From NCBI GenBank assembly GCA_003344405.1, contig NOWV01000011.1:62001-126000 (forward strand): a stretch of 64,000 nt of DNA, read 5' to 3'. Shown in pieces: positions 20,823-35,132 of this stretch; position 1 is the first letter of the stretch, and each line of letters begins with the position of its first letter. The notes under the pieces are model-generated. The model searched no databases and had not been told where the DNA came from. It was given only the letters and a program-made list of their open reading frames with translations. The translations under genes and the position numbers were made by a program. This DNA comes from Trichoplax sp. H2 (taxonomy: Eukaryota).

Positions 20823-22429
20823 CTCTTTTATAAATTAGAATATTAGTCGAAGGATGCTGCTAGTGACCAGAACAATATTTTTAATCCTTTCGATTTACTA
20901 GATCTCATTTTTAGACATTATGTCACGGTGAATAAGTATTGTTTTTCTGGTAATTTTCATATCAATAATATTCTTACTGTCGCTATATTTCGTTACATTC
21001 TTGCTAAATAGTTACACAACGAAAACCTGCAACCCAATGTTAAGGGTTGTTCGATCACCCTACTTTAGACTTGGCGCATATTTCAGTTCTACGTTATCAA
21101 TAAGCCCGATTTGTAATGGTTTTATAATGTTAAAAATAGCTAGAATTATCGCTAATCATTCCATTGTCTATCCATCAAATTTTAGTAAGCAATGTCTAGT
21201 ACGGAATTTGCTTTAGCTGTTTTATGAGTTTGAATAAAGTAAGTTAAAACATCAGAAGCTGCACATTACTAGACTAAACCAAGATAGAAAGTACTGCATA
21301 TCCAAAAATTATAATCAACTACTAATCACTTTTAAAGTACAATCGGAGAATGTTACTGATAAAATTATGGATGATGTTTTACATTAGTAACAAGATGACT
21401 TTTTAAACAACTTTAAACGGTCAATCAGTTATCGTATTCGCGTTCATGAATGTCCATTGTTTAGAGGGTCGTTGTAATAAAATTCAAATCCAAAGAAAAC
21501 ATCAGTGGATAGTAAAGGCTGTATTATAATTTATTGGGAGTCTAATATTAACGGAGGATAAGAGCTAACTATTAACAGAAAGATAATACTTTATGTACTA
21601 CTGGCAAACATCATCTGCCATCTTATAAGTTTCTTATAGCTTCCTAATTAATACTGTATAAGCTTCCACTAACACCATAGTGCCATATATTATCGTCTAT
21701 CTTTCCAAATACGGCATAGATTAACAACTGATTACATTGTTTGCATACTTTTAGTCGACAATACTATTATGATCATCATAATAGATAAGATATCTCTACT
21801 AATTTAGGATCTATATCAACGTCAACAGCTATTTAAGTTAGTTAATCTTGCTAACGTTACACTCGTAAACACTCACTTCATAAATACCAAATCATTTCAT
21901 CGTAGATTATTCCCGATCTCGAAGGAATACTAACAATCTTGCAATAGTCTCTAAACTGAATAAGTGCTGTATGTCTCAATTAGCCACATTTAGCCAACTA
22001 GGATCACATCATATATGCTTAATTGCCAGAATTATTAGATCAATTTTATTACTTCAGTCGCTACTAAGCCAATCTTGGAACCCTATACATGACAGAAATA
22101 CTGAATGGTTTGAATATGAATTTATATCAGTAACGAAATTTTGGCATATAGTCTGATAATCCTTGCTCAAGTAACAGTTACAGTAAACTACAGCAATCTC
22201 ACATCCCTTATACATGAAATTTCCAATTCATTGCACAATCTTTGTTAAGCAATTACGGTTTATAATTACCATAAAATTGATTTGAAATTATGTCTATACT
22301 GTATTATGATTACCCGTCCAATAGAGTTATAATAATAGCTTAGGCCACTTTAAGAATATTGTGAAACAGATGGATAGTTTAGCGACAACATTACGTACCA
22401 ACTTTGCTAATGAATATCTACTTTGCTTC

Positions 22430-25072
22430 TTAATCTGATACTTCCTTTTCAATCTTTTCAAATGCAAGAGCAACCTTGCGAGCAGTTGGCGTTAACGATA
22501 CTGCTTCCATATTTACTAAAATTGCAACAACAATTCCTTGGGGGGCTGGCTTATTAACATTTACTTCCTTCGGTTGTAATATTACCAAAGTACTGCTACA
22601 ACCAACAGCTCCACCAGAATGGCCAACCCATGGAAGCTCTTCATGTCCATAACCAACCCAAATCTTATTATCTGCAACAGTCCAACCTAAGCCATAACCA
22701 GTGCTGAAACCAACTTTTTCAAGCGTTGCTGAGGCAGGCGTCCACATAGCTTTCACCGTATCCGAATTTAAATATCCTTTCGGTATGGAACGCTTAGTTA
22801 TATCTTGACTGTCATAGTTAGATTCATTTATAGCATGTGCTATGGTTGAATATTGTCGACTATACAACATGACGTTACCAAATTTGACTAAATCGGCTAC
22901 ATTAGAAACTAAGCCACCACCAGCCCATTTATATGAAATGTCAACGTACGGAGCATTTCTCAACTTGCCCTTTTTATTTCTCCTATAATACCTATGAAGA
23001 TAGTAGAAGGACGTAGAAAATATCAAAATTTCAATTTTACTACTATTTCATATACCGAAAATAATAGAGATATCAAAGATGAATACCTAGCTCTATTATA
23101 AATTAATGTTTCATGAAATTCTGGCTGGGTGTTAGTCATTCCTAGTTGCTTGAATAACGTTCCCATTAACTTTAAAAGTTTTTCTTCAGTAGCTCCTTCA
23201 ATAACCCCACTTAACAAGCTCCAGCCATGAGTAGTATAGTGATATTCAGTACCTGGTTTAACGACTAAAGGATCATCTTTGAATAATTTTAAAGCCTCGG
23301 TAACAGAATTAAATCGATCTTTGAGAAGGAACTCTTTATAGTTTACTTTCAGTGTTACTCCATTCTTTAATTTTTCAACTTTATTTTCATCAGCATTCTT
23401 GTCTTTTTCATTTTTATCTGAAATATAGTGGATCTTAACATCAATGTCACTATTAATTTATAATATATAGCCACCTCTAGCGAAATCCTAAGCTAGTTAA
23501 TAGTTATAAATTCGTAGTTTATTTCATACATCCTAGTATGATTTTATGCAAAAGAGAATCAATACATAATTTGACTAGCATATTATAGATATGATTTAAA
23601 TGGATAAATACCGGTGCTATCTGTGATCACTTTCTCGTATGCACGAATTCCTCCAAGATGAGATAATAGCATTCTAGTAGTTATTTCAACAGGTTGACTA
23701 TCGAAAGTTTTATCTGGAAAGTCCTTAACATATTTACTAATTGGCGCGTCTAGATCTAGCTTTCCGTCTTCCCATAATTTTGCAATGATTGCTGCACTAA
23801 AAGATATAAAAAATTTAATAATATCAGTGAGTACTTATGATTTAATGAAAATTTAAATCATCAATAAGTATTTTTATTTAGAGATTCATTGGTGAGATTG
23901 CTGACACAGAAGAGCGTAGACAGACGCTAGCGATAGGATTTATACGATGTGTATGAGTAGGTTAGTTCATTTAATTACGATATTGATTGCTTGATTGATA
24001 CGCAGTAAGACCATTATATTTCTAATTTAGTTTACATGTATATACAATAAATGAACAAGGATACTTACTGTGGCTAGTACGAGCTATAATGACAGATTAC
24101 GATAGTGATGGGATTTTATATACGAAATTGTGGAGGAATTCATTCATTACAATAACGATTGATTAGCATACAAAAAAAACTACTGTAATTATAAATATAA
24201 TCTGTACCATAGATGAAATAAAGTTGTCCATCGAGGGTTCTAAAGTATAATGATGTTACTCGACCGTACAGAAATAAGTCATTTATTTACTGTGGTATTG
24301 CTTGAATGGTATTTAATTAAGCAGTTTTAGCTTCTTGATACTACTACATAGGTCTAAATCCATTCATCACTGATAGATCCCAAATTCATCTTCTGTTCAG
24401 CAGTGTGAAATTTTAATGCTATTCCTTGAACTAAGCATCCAACAATGACAAGAATAGATGCAATTTTCTAAAATCGTGCTTATAGATCAGGTCTATAGTT
24501 GCACACTATACCTTAAGTGATTGCAACTTTGACAGAAAATCATTTACTTCATTACAGTACTATAACTTGCTTTACCTAATTGGCTTGCTAATACTGGCGA
24601 TCCTCATGACAGTTTGAGGAGTACAAGGAACCGCATTTTCAATATCGCTAACACCAAAGCCTTCACTCCACATCATTTTGCCGTTGCAACTGACTGCAAT
24701 GGAAATACCAGGTGAACCACTTTCTTCTTTAATTTGTGATATTAATTGTCTCGATTGATCAATAGCTATCTTTAATCGACGATTATAATGATCATGGTTG
24801 GATTTTACAGCTATACCATCTGATGGCCTATTTATATTGTTATGCTTATGATCATTTTGACTTCTGTCCTCTTGCTTCTCCTGTCTAGCAATATAACTGA
24901 CTCCTGCCATACCGACGCCAGCTAAAGTAAACGTTACTAGCCAATTTCTTCTATCTTTGCTCTTAGCTGAAGACGATGTTGGATCCAGACTTTTATAACG
25001 CTTGCCAATCGTCATGGCTGAACGCATACGATTATAAGAGAGGAATCGAGTTGATGAGATGATACGATTCAT
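22430..25072 (-). CDS. LACTB: Serine beta-lactamase-like protein LACTB, 4 exons
   Basis: Approximate exons are 25072-24576, 23795-23612, 23417-23087 and 22992-22430. The Arg/Ser-rich N-terminus resembles a mitochondrial presequence and is followed by a hydrophobic stretch. Penicillin-binding-protein-family motifs: SxxK (RIASISK), YTTHGW and HSGGAVG. LACTB-typical YKWAGGGLVSNV is also present. Confidence 0.92.
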
Positions 25073-25529
25073 TTCTAGATCTCAAGGAAGATGAGTGATG
25101 AAGAAAATATCATTTCATAGTCGACAGCTAAAAAGTGATATTATTATTATTATTATTCTCTACTTTGATGGAATATACTCGTATGAATCAATCGATTAAT
25201 TTATGATCAATAGTATGAGGGTATGATGTAGCAGTATGCAATCAATGCAATAATAGATTGATGTAATATTTCGATTGAAATAGATAGTTAATGACTAGTG
25301 GTTTAATCTTTTCTAATAATTTCAGTTTTGCAAATGGACTAGTAAGATTTGATGGCGAGCATATAACTATCAAACTGGCCGATATGGTCCTGGACAACAA
25401 AGAAAGACAGACAGACGATGGTCGTGTCGTATGGAAAAATAGCAAGATCGATTATTCTCTTGGCCCTTTCGTCTAACTTTGGTCGGCCAAATGAGCTATA
25501 TGAGTAGCTGGCAGGCTTATTTTGTACAG

Positions 25530-25942
25530 AAAAATCTACCATTTCAGTGGTAGAGGTTGGTTTAACTTTTACAAGACTCTCGGTAGAGTCTGAATGACAA
25601 GAAAATTGCTAAGCCTTGATATTGTTTGTACTAAATGGCTACTGTAGAACTTTCTCTTTCTTTTCAAATGAAAGATACCCCCATGCAGCATAAACTCGTA
25701 ATAGAGCGCTTGTTCTACTACAATAATGTATAGGATAATCTACTGTTTCAATGGTAGAGCAGGGTTTACTTTTATGATTAGAAGTCACAGAGTAGCATCT
25801 GAGTGACAAGAAAAAATGCCAAGCCTTGACGTTGTTTTGCACTAAATGGCTACTGCAGAATTCTCTCTCTCTCTTTCTTTTCCAATGAAAGATATGCCCA
25901 TCAAACAAGAAGTAGTCATAGAGCGCTTGTTCTGCTACAAGG
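25530..25942. repeat. Degenerate direct duplication, ~205-210-bp unit, two copies
   Basis: aatctaccatttcagtggtagag...gacaagaaaattgctaagccttga...actaaatggctactg...aatgaaagata...atagagcgcttgttct (from ~25533) recurs from ~25737 with substitutions and a CT-microsatellite expansion. Confidence 0.85.
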
Positions 25943-26624
25943 CTAAGCCATGTCTATCATCGTTAACCCTCGATTTCGATTTTACTCATGCAAATATCCA
26001 CAATCTAGCGTCATCAAAATACTTCGAGAGAACTCCATGCCTGGAGGATAGACGATAGCCTTCCTGTGCACAGTTTTTTGTATACTGAAAGCATTATCCT
26101 TACTCAACTAAGTGCTAGAGAAATACCATTCAGTATAGAATCGCCGATGCTTCAAATTACGAGGCCACCCTACCGACGCTAGACAGCAATAGTAATGATA
26201 GAGTACAGTATAGGAAAAACATCCTTGCTACTCAAGTAAACGCTTGTGGAATACCATCCAGTATAGGATCTGGGATCGGCTGTGCTTCCATACTAGCCCA
26301 GCATAGACCAATCAGCTTCATCATCACCTACCCAAATTAGTCTCTAAATCTATACTAGAACTGTATAAAGTGGCTCCACATCGGTTGGTATCAACTCAAC
26401 ATCGAGGTCAGAGGGCATAAAAGCCTTTACCGAGCTCGGACATGATCGTTTTCGACCTGTGCAACAAGGTAACAATGGACTAATTGCATTTATTTACATA
26501 AAATTATCATATTCTACATCGATTTGGCTTGGAAAAACATTGCCAATACTCTTTCTCTAGTCTCAACTACGTCCAATTCACGTGTTTTATACATTTATCC
26601 TATAATTACAACCTGCAAAATGAG

Positions 26625-29600
26625 ATGCGAGTAAAGAAATCAGCCATGCGTTATTTCGGCATTTGGCTCGCTGCTGGCATCCTGCTAGTATACGTATTCG
26701 ATCGACAACCCAATCAAGAAATCCTACAACAGAAAGACGCTGTCTTAAAAGTGCAACATGGAAAAACATTTACCTTGTTGGATAAACCAATTCATATTAG
26801 GAGCGGAGCGATCCACTATTTTCGGGTCGTCCCAGAATATTGGCGTGACCGTTTACTAAAGATGAAGGCTTTTGGCTTAAATACTGTGGAAACGTAAGTA
26901 CAATACCATGAGTTGGATAGGCTTAACTATACTTCAGTATTTTTACCAAGGGTAGAGTGTATCTATTAGCTACTCTAGTATCGATTTGCATAACATGGAT
27001 CGATCCAGGATTGATCTTTCCATAGATATCCTCCATTAAATGGTACGGATCTGCGCTGTTATCGACAGTCCGTAAAGTACTGTATACTACAGTAGAATAG
27101 TAGTAACTACCACTGCCAGTACTACATCAGATAGTTGCTAGACGATTACAGGAAGTACCATCGTTACGACATATCGATGGTAGAAACAACAATCTTATAC
27201 TTTTCCATTTGCAATACTATACTCGTATTTCGTCATCGATCAGTTGATTAACCCTCTTTTTGCTCCCTTGGACTCATTTAGTTATGTACCATGGAATTTA
27301 CATGAACCGTTACCAGGTCAATTTGATTATACAGGGATACTAAATGTCAGGTAAGAAAAACATCCATACTGTATGCGGCACACACCTTTTGCTGACATTG
27401 TGATATCAACTATTATGAAACTACTTGAATAATCTCATACTTAATAACCTTAATTATACCTAATAATCGGTTAGAAAATTCATCTTGCTTGCACAAGAGC
27501 TCGGTTTTTACGTTATCCTCAGGCCTGGACCTTATATTTGTGCCGAATGGGAGTTTGGTGGCATGCCAAGGTGATCATTTTATAAACTTCTACTTATAAT
27601 TATTATATTGGATAGTAGACGCTTGCATAAGTCATAGAATTATTGGCTTTACTTTATAATAACATAATATCAAAATTAGCCAATTTTTACAGTATAAGCA
27701 GGCCATATTCTGTATGACACTTTGAATGTGTATTTCATTGTATGAATCTGATAGCTGGTTACTAAGTGATAAGAATATGCAAGTTCGGTCAACTTATAAG
27801 CCTTTCAAAGATGCCGTTAACCGATTTTTCGACGGCTTCATTCCAGAGATTAAATCTCTTCAGGTTCGTCAATTATGTTATGGATATACGATTATACTTA
27901 CATTACTAATCATGCTGCAGGCTATAACGAATATATTTCCAATACTTATATATTATAAATAAGACAGTTTTAGCACCCTTACAACCATCTATATCATTTC
28001 TGTACACGTTGACGTTAAGTGCTGACATTTAATAAATACGTAATGCAAATCACAATTTCTAGGCATCCAAAGGGGGGCCCATCATCGCAGTCCAAGTTGA
28101 AAATGAATATGGTAGCTATGGAAGCGACGAAGAATACATGCAATTTATACGTGATGTATGATATTACAGTATTCTTGATTTTGGTATTCGTATACTACAC
28201 AGTAGAATGCACTTTAAGTGTTCAGCATTATGCGAACTGACCATTTTTTCACCAACCAGGCCCTTATCAATCGCGGAATCGTTGAACTACTGGTAACTAG
28301 TGACAACTCGGAAGGAATAAAACATGGTGGTGCACCCGGAGGTAATAATTCAGTGATTTAACAATTGCATATTAAATTTAAGTTATTGCCTAACTGACGG
28401 TTTTTTTTCGTAATATAAGTGCTGAAAACATATAATTTCCAAGGCCATGCAAAATCTCATCTTTCCATTTTAGAAAGATTGCAGGTGTGATTTTATATAA
28501 TATAGCTCTTTGTTGTATCCTTGTATAGTTTATGAATAGATTTTTCTATTAAGTATGTATTTTCATCAATGTTACTAATGATTAACATGAAGACACACTT
28601 TAACGACTTATATTAGGATGCGCCTAGTATTGTAATGGAATTCTGGAGTGGTTGGTTTGATCATTGGGGTGAAAAAAACCATCAAGTGCATACTATTGCT
28701 CATGTTACAAATACATTTAAAGATATATTAGACTGTGATGCATCTTTCAACTTTTATGTATTTCATGGTAGGTAGTGTAATTATCTCTCATCACTGATTT
28801 CGTACGTTTTACTTCGTATGTAGTTTAAGTTACAGTTATAATCAACATAAAATAACATTGAAATGCTGGACCTGCAGGCGGTACGAATTTTGGCTTTATG
28901 AACGGGGCCAATTTTATCGATTTTTTCTCTTACTATCTACCAACTGTTACGAGTTATGGTAAATAAAGCATTGTATTTCTGTAATCATCTTGAACGCAGT
29001 GATAGGGTTAATATGACTCTTACGTCTACATATTATTAGACTATGATGCACCGTTATCCGAAGCAGGTGATATAACTGAAAAGTATATGGAATTACGAAA
29101 AATTATGATTGACAAAGTTTTAACTGAAGCAGGTAGGCATGTAACTTAATAAATGACTTTACCCTATCTCAATACTTCACTGCCACTTATTGATTGTAAA
29201 TAGAATTATCATAGCTGTCGATGTAAAAGTCATCATACCTTCAAGTTATCATAGTTTACAAGAAATAACTCAAGTGTTCGAATAATGAGTTATTTATCAC
29301 AACATCAGTCATATAATCAGAGATTTTTAATTAAAATTTTTACAATGAAGCATTAAGAATTAATTGTAGCAATAAATGTAGGTTAATTAATCTTAATTTT
29401 TTTTCTGGTCATTTATTTGCTATTACAGAAATTAAAAAGTTACCTGAGATACCACCTTCCAGTAAAAAATTTCACTACGGTTAGTTGATGCTGTGAAAAT
29501 AATTGTTGATATTTTTAATAAACTTATTTCAGATAAATAATTCTTCCTTGCTATTCCGTTCTAGGGAATATCAAAATGGATTCCTCAATCGCTTTACTAG

Positions 29601-31045
29601 ATACTCTACCTTACCTTGATGTACGTAATGATGATAACGTATAAAAAATTTCTAAAAATGTAGGAAGTAATGCAAAGTGTGATCAATGCTGACAGAAATA
29701 TGTTTTAGAAGCCTGTCACACTCTCAAAAGTTGTTCCAATGGAATTTCTTCCCATTCGTAATGGTACTGGTCAAAGCTATGGTTATATCTTATATAGGCA
29801 TAAACTAGCCAAACCAATAAGTAACCTTCGAATTGAGGGAATCCGCGACTTTGCTATCGTAAGTTGGAATACTATATACTAAAATAAACATTTTTGTACA
29901 ATTTTAATACTTAAAGATCTATTATAATTCAATAATATTCTCTTCTAGTTACTTATTGATGGACAATTCATTCAGTCCTTCATGAGAAATGATGCAGATA
30001 GCTATCACTATATTCAATTTTCAAAAAGGGTAAAAATTGCTTAGTACAATACTGTAAAATAATAATTTTCCAGACGAATAATAAATGATTAATAAAATCT
30101 CTCTTGTTATTAATCTAATTCAAGCCTCAAAAAGGAGCAATTGTAGATATTTTAGTTGAAAATTGCGGACGTGTAAACTTCGGCAGTATATTAAATACTG
30201 AAAGAAAGGGTATTCTTGGTAGTGTTTACGCTAATATGAAGGAATTAAAAGGATGGACAATATTTTCTCTAGATTTCGATACTGCATATGTTAATAAGTA
30301 TGTCTAGCTGCTTTTTGTTCCGATTTACGTTAAGAAACAATTGAATTGAAAGTGTGATATAAAAATTTAAATGCCACATATTAAATGATATTCTCTGCAG
30401 AGTTCGCAATACACTAAAAGGCGGAAAGACTCAAAGCAATAGAAGCTTCGTACCATCCATTTATAGAGGAGAACTAGAGATATCTGATAACCCTTATGAT
30501 TCTTTTCTTACTCTAGAGGTTAATCAATTTAATTATTATAAGAGCATAAATATTAAATGTCTACACTATAAATTAAGATATAATAACCATCAGCTATTAA
30601 ATATGTACATACTTAGGGTTGGGGAAAAGGAATATGTTTCATTAATGGTTTTAATGTTGGTCGCTACTGGAAGATAGGTCCACAACAATCTCTATATATA
30701 CCCGCACCATTACTAAAAAAAGGCAAAAATGAGGTACTTGCTATTAGCGAAACGGATAACCAATTCTTCTTAATACTTTTATCGTGGCGTTAACAAATAG
30801 CTATGTCATATTTAGATAATCATTTTCGAACAACTTCACCCTGCCACATCATCTGAAATCACTTTCAACGACAAACCCTCCCTTGGCGAAGAATCTCCCT
30901 TTTTCATGGTAAATTTTGTATGGGTCGCACAGTTATTAGCATCCTTTTGGTATTTAATTTTGATGCCATAGTTATGATGGCAAACATAAAGTAAGTTCGA
31001 TAAATTCAGAAATATTGGAAGGAGACTCTGGAAATAGATTCATAG
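26625..31045 (+). CDS. Glycoside hydrolase family 35 beta-galactosidase-like protein (GLB1L2/GLB1L3-like), multi-exon; last exon ambiguous (stop ends at 30971 or 31045)
   Basis: N-terminal hydrophobic anchor ([16 protein letters not shown]). GH35 motifs: [39 protein letters not shown], acid/base QVENEYG, nucleophile [31 protein letters not shown] and [11 protein letters not shown]. Confidence 0.9.
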
Positions 31046-32306
31046 ATGTCGATGTTCAGCTATTCCCCTGAACCTATTATGTATTTGCTATTTGTTAAAT
31101 GAAACCATGCAGTAATATGATATTAACGACAAATACAATGCTGAATGTCCTCATTTATATTCATCATCATTATCTGTTTAGTAATACAGTACTTGATTTG
31201 TAGAATATTATATACTACTAACTGGAGACAACTAATAAAGAGAATTTATTCTTCGCAGTTATAAAATTCTTCCGTGTGGCTATAGTTGCAAAGTTACCTG
31301 ATATTATCATAACATTTGCAAGAAAATATTTTTGCATAGCTATAATGTATACCTATCAATTTTGAGTGGCTAGCATTAGAGACTGCAAAGCTGGTTAATT
31401 AGTATAAGTTCAATATATTTCAGCTGAAAACAATTAATTAATTAACCTACTGATACCTAATACGGTACAACAGGCATCTAAAGCTAATAGACAATCGCCT
31501 TTGTGCCCAAATAGAAACAAAGTCAACTTTTTTCACCCAGAAATTATTCTGTAACAAACTAATTTCTAGGGTGATCTACAGTTTTTTAAGATACTATTAT
31601 ATAAATCTGTAACAATATGAAACGCCCTCGTATCTTGTGAAACATTACTGTTATTAAGCACTGTAAATTTGAAGTATCAGCACCGGGCATGAGCATAATT
31701 AATTAATTACAATGTGCACCAGAAAAATAATCGAATAACTTCCGTTGGCAGTGGTAATATTAGCCTAAAATTACATAATTACGCAGCGTACTAAGTTTTT
31801 TATCCTATAGCGTCAAGACTTGAGTTGATGATTGGATTCAAAATGCTGATATCATCATTTATCAACACTAACTCCATGCATAAAGCAACGTAGTGAATTA
31901 TTACAAAAATAGGTGGTGATACAAGGACTACTCAAGAAATACTTTTTCGATATTATTTCTGAAGGACTATACCCAAATTGATTGTTTCTGCTCTGCTATA
32001 CAATTAGGTATCAATGCTGCATGATAATCGCGTTCATTTGATATCAATTCCATATAAATTTTACCTAAATATTTTCTCGCACATTTTATTTTAACATCAA
32101 TTTAGTGAATAGGTAAAGGTACAAATTCTATGTTAATGAATTATTATTCTGTAATTTCTATGTATCAAGGGAAAATGCTACTTCACGGCAATCAGTGTGA
32201 GAAAAAATTAAAATTACATGAAGACAAAATACTAATCTAGTCTTCTTTTACTTAAAGATACACGTATATAGGCACTACGATAACCAGATTTTCAATATTA
32301 TGATGT

Positions 32307-35132
32307 TTAAAATGGTCTCTCTTTCTTGTTCTTCTGGTATTCTGCAATACGAGGGATCTCAGCCACACGTTTATAGACTGCGTAGAGTGAAGGATGTTTA
32401 ATTGATGAATCTTTCAGTAAAGACTGAACATTGTTTATCAGGCGGAAAAAGGCCAAATCGGCATAAGTAAACTAGTATTTGAAAGAAAAGTGATAATATT
32501 AAATGAAAATAAATCAATAAACCCGTTTATAGTTTCTATTACTTTAGCTAAAAGATTATTAACATCGCAATTTAATTTTATCTTGAAAGCGTGATTTATG
32601 AATATCATTTTTCTACTGCAAGAACCAAAATCATGATATCATGTGCATATAATTGCAATTAATTAGCTACGAAGGACTTTGTCATTTATAATCGTACTAT
32701 CTAAATAGGAATGCGGTTATATAGTATTTTTATCCATTATTCTTATATGATTTGTTGTGTATCTTGTAACAAATTAGAGCTGCGCATAAATTAGTTTGCC
32801 TAGCTTACAGTGTCACCGCAAAACCAAGGTCCTCCACCATTTTTCTCGAATGTCTCTTCGAGCTGCTTAAAGAAAGGGATTAACTTTTCTTTTATGAATT
32901 CTTCACCCTTAATTTTCTAGAATATCCGAACTGTGTCATTAATAATAACATTCTTTCGCCAATTATATATCAAATCCTAGCATCAAAATGGTATTAAATA
33001 GATAGAAACCATTTATCAGTATACCTACCCTTTTCTCAGGGTCCGGTTCAAGAAAGGGTACACGAAAGGAATAAGTTTTGTCCACTATGTCTTGCGCGAA
33101 GGCATCAGCATACATATCAGCTTTAGCTCGTTCTAGACTGGTTCTACCGTCAATTCCTGAGATGTTCCACAATTTATTAGTTCAAGTGTAATATAAAAGA
33201 AAATTACCAATTCAAACCGATTAAATAGCCCAATTAGAGCTACAGTCGAATAACTGAAAATTAAAAGTTTATGATCTATATTACACATTTATGTACCTGC
33301 AACGCGAGCAAGATAGCGAGCAATAGTACTACTTTGAGCGAGTTGTTTGCCGTCTATCTCCAATACTGGAACGGTCTGGAAGGGAAATTTCCCTATGAAT
33401 TAAAGAAGTTAAGGGGTATAACTTAGTTAAGAGATTAGTCAATATCATTAGTACCTTCTAGGTAGATTATGCGTTAAATTTAGTTATTGTAACGTAGAAA
33501 ACCCTATTTCTTCTATACTGTACAGTATACTATTTTAGAGTCAGTATCATTTATCGGTGAGTTCATACATAATAATAAGTAAGCATTGCATATCAAATAA
33601 TAATTTCATTTCTGGAAATGCTACAATAATTGAAGAAATACTTATGCATAGACAGTTTAAATATGTGTGTCATTGGATCTTATTAGCACTCATCTTTAGA
33701 TTGCAAACTTTGCAAGAGTTTTTATTAATACAAGACATTGTATAATCCAAGTGCCGTGAATACTCTCGATAGTATACTCTACATACTGTAGCATGCTGCA
33801 AAGTTTCGTGAAATCTCAATTTCTTACTCCGAAATCCAATCTAAAAATTCTCGAAAAATCTAAATATTGACCTTGTACTGAATACAGTGAGAATCCAAGT
33901 ACAACATATTATGCATTGAACATGTCAATTAAGAATCACACGAAAGTAAGAAAAAGTCAACTACGAGCACGGATCCTTGATCTGATAAGCATACAGTATT
34001 ACTGGATTATTTACTAATGTAGCGAATAGCAACGTCTACACAAGGTTAGGAAAACGTCCGTTTAGGTCGATACAATCTTGACTTATTACCAAATCTTTAA
34101 TCTATAACTACACTTATCTACTGTATCGGCATTGTACATATTATGTTGTATATTTTCAACATCGTAATAGCAGTTAAAAATAGAGTACACTCATGACAAA
34201 TAGCTTAAAAAATTCTCCATTAACCGTAAAACCCTAACTACTACAAAATGAAGAGTTCTATATGCCTACAGAATCAATGATACATTATAAATCAGGCGAG
34301 AATACATCTATTATAGCAATAGTGTGCTAACTCTATCGGTGTAGAAGTTATCTGTTGAATCGGATAGCTACTTTACCCTGAAAATTATCGTACAAGATAA
34401 ATGTAGAACTACGCACAAAACAAACGTATGAAAGTAGTATCAATTTAGTATACTGCATCGGAGTTAAGTGTCGCTCCGAACTTCGACTTAACAATGTCAG
34501 CAGAGATGATCTAATGCTGTGCATTGAGTATATACATTTGTAATATTAAAATCTAGTAAATGCAGATATATTGATATTAGCTATAATGCTAAATACTGAT
34601 CAGCTGATGAAATTTTTATATTGTAGATATCCACTATGCAATAAAAAAGTTCTATATCTGTATATCGTACCGGTACCGACGGTACGACTTCATCTACAGT
34701 TCTGTACGCTACTGAGTCATATATTTTCAACATCAGTTGCAATTAATTAGTTTATTTATCATCAACTCGGAAATTATCCGTCTCAATAAGCTACTACCTT
34801 ATTTAAAACTAAGCATAAGCCTTCTATGTCAACCATAATTGGTCTATTAGACAAAAATCATCTAGACTGTACGCTAGTAAAGATCCTTTACTATTTATAA
34901 AGTACACTGGATGCGTTTGCTAAAAATTAGAATCTAATGATGGATAGATGAAATTGACACTAGACATCATTCTGATGCTAATGAAAACTTGAAAATTCTC
35001 ACCTTTAACACTGGGCCATTCCTCGAACGAATAGACAACATCCTTATATTCAATTCCCCCATAAGCAAAAATGAGCCTGATAAGTTCGGCTCTAGCATCC
35101 ACGTCAAAATAATGTAAAGTATAGCTCGACAT
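32307..35132 (-). CDS. Cytosolic glutathione S-transferase, sigma-like (GST-B), 5 exons, 208 aa
   Basis: Exons 35132-35003, 33392-33297, 33156-33029, 32916-32809 and 32471-32307 (130/96/128/108/165 nt) join in frame: [20 protein letters not shown]...PRIAEYQKNKKERPF*. First intron is ~1.6 kb. Confidence 0.9.

Noticed and set aside
22430..25072. Beta-lactamase resistance gene or recent bacterial transfer
   Set aside because: It has spliceosomal introns, a presequence-like N-terminus and LACTB-specific motifs; LACTB is a normal metazoan gene.
25950..26055. SECIS-like or other structured RNA hairpin
   Set aside because: Only short, interrupted complementarity; no apical AA at the right spacing and no selenoprotein ORF nearby.
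34665..34687. 8-bp hairpin TCGTACCG-N7-CGGTACGA in the long GST-B intron as a transposon or Helitron end
   Set aside because: No terminal repeats, target-site duplication or second copy are visible in the window.
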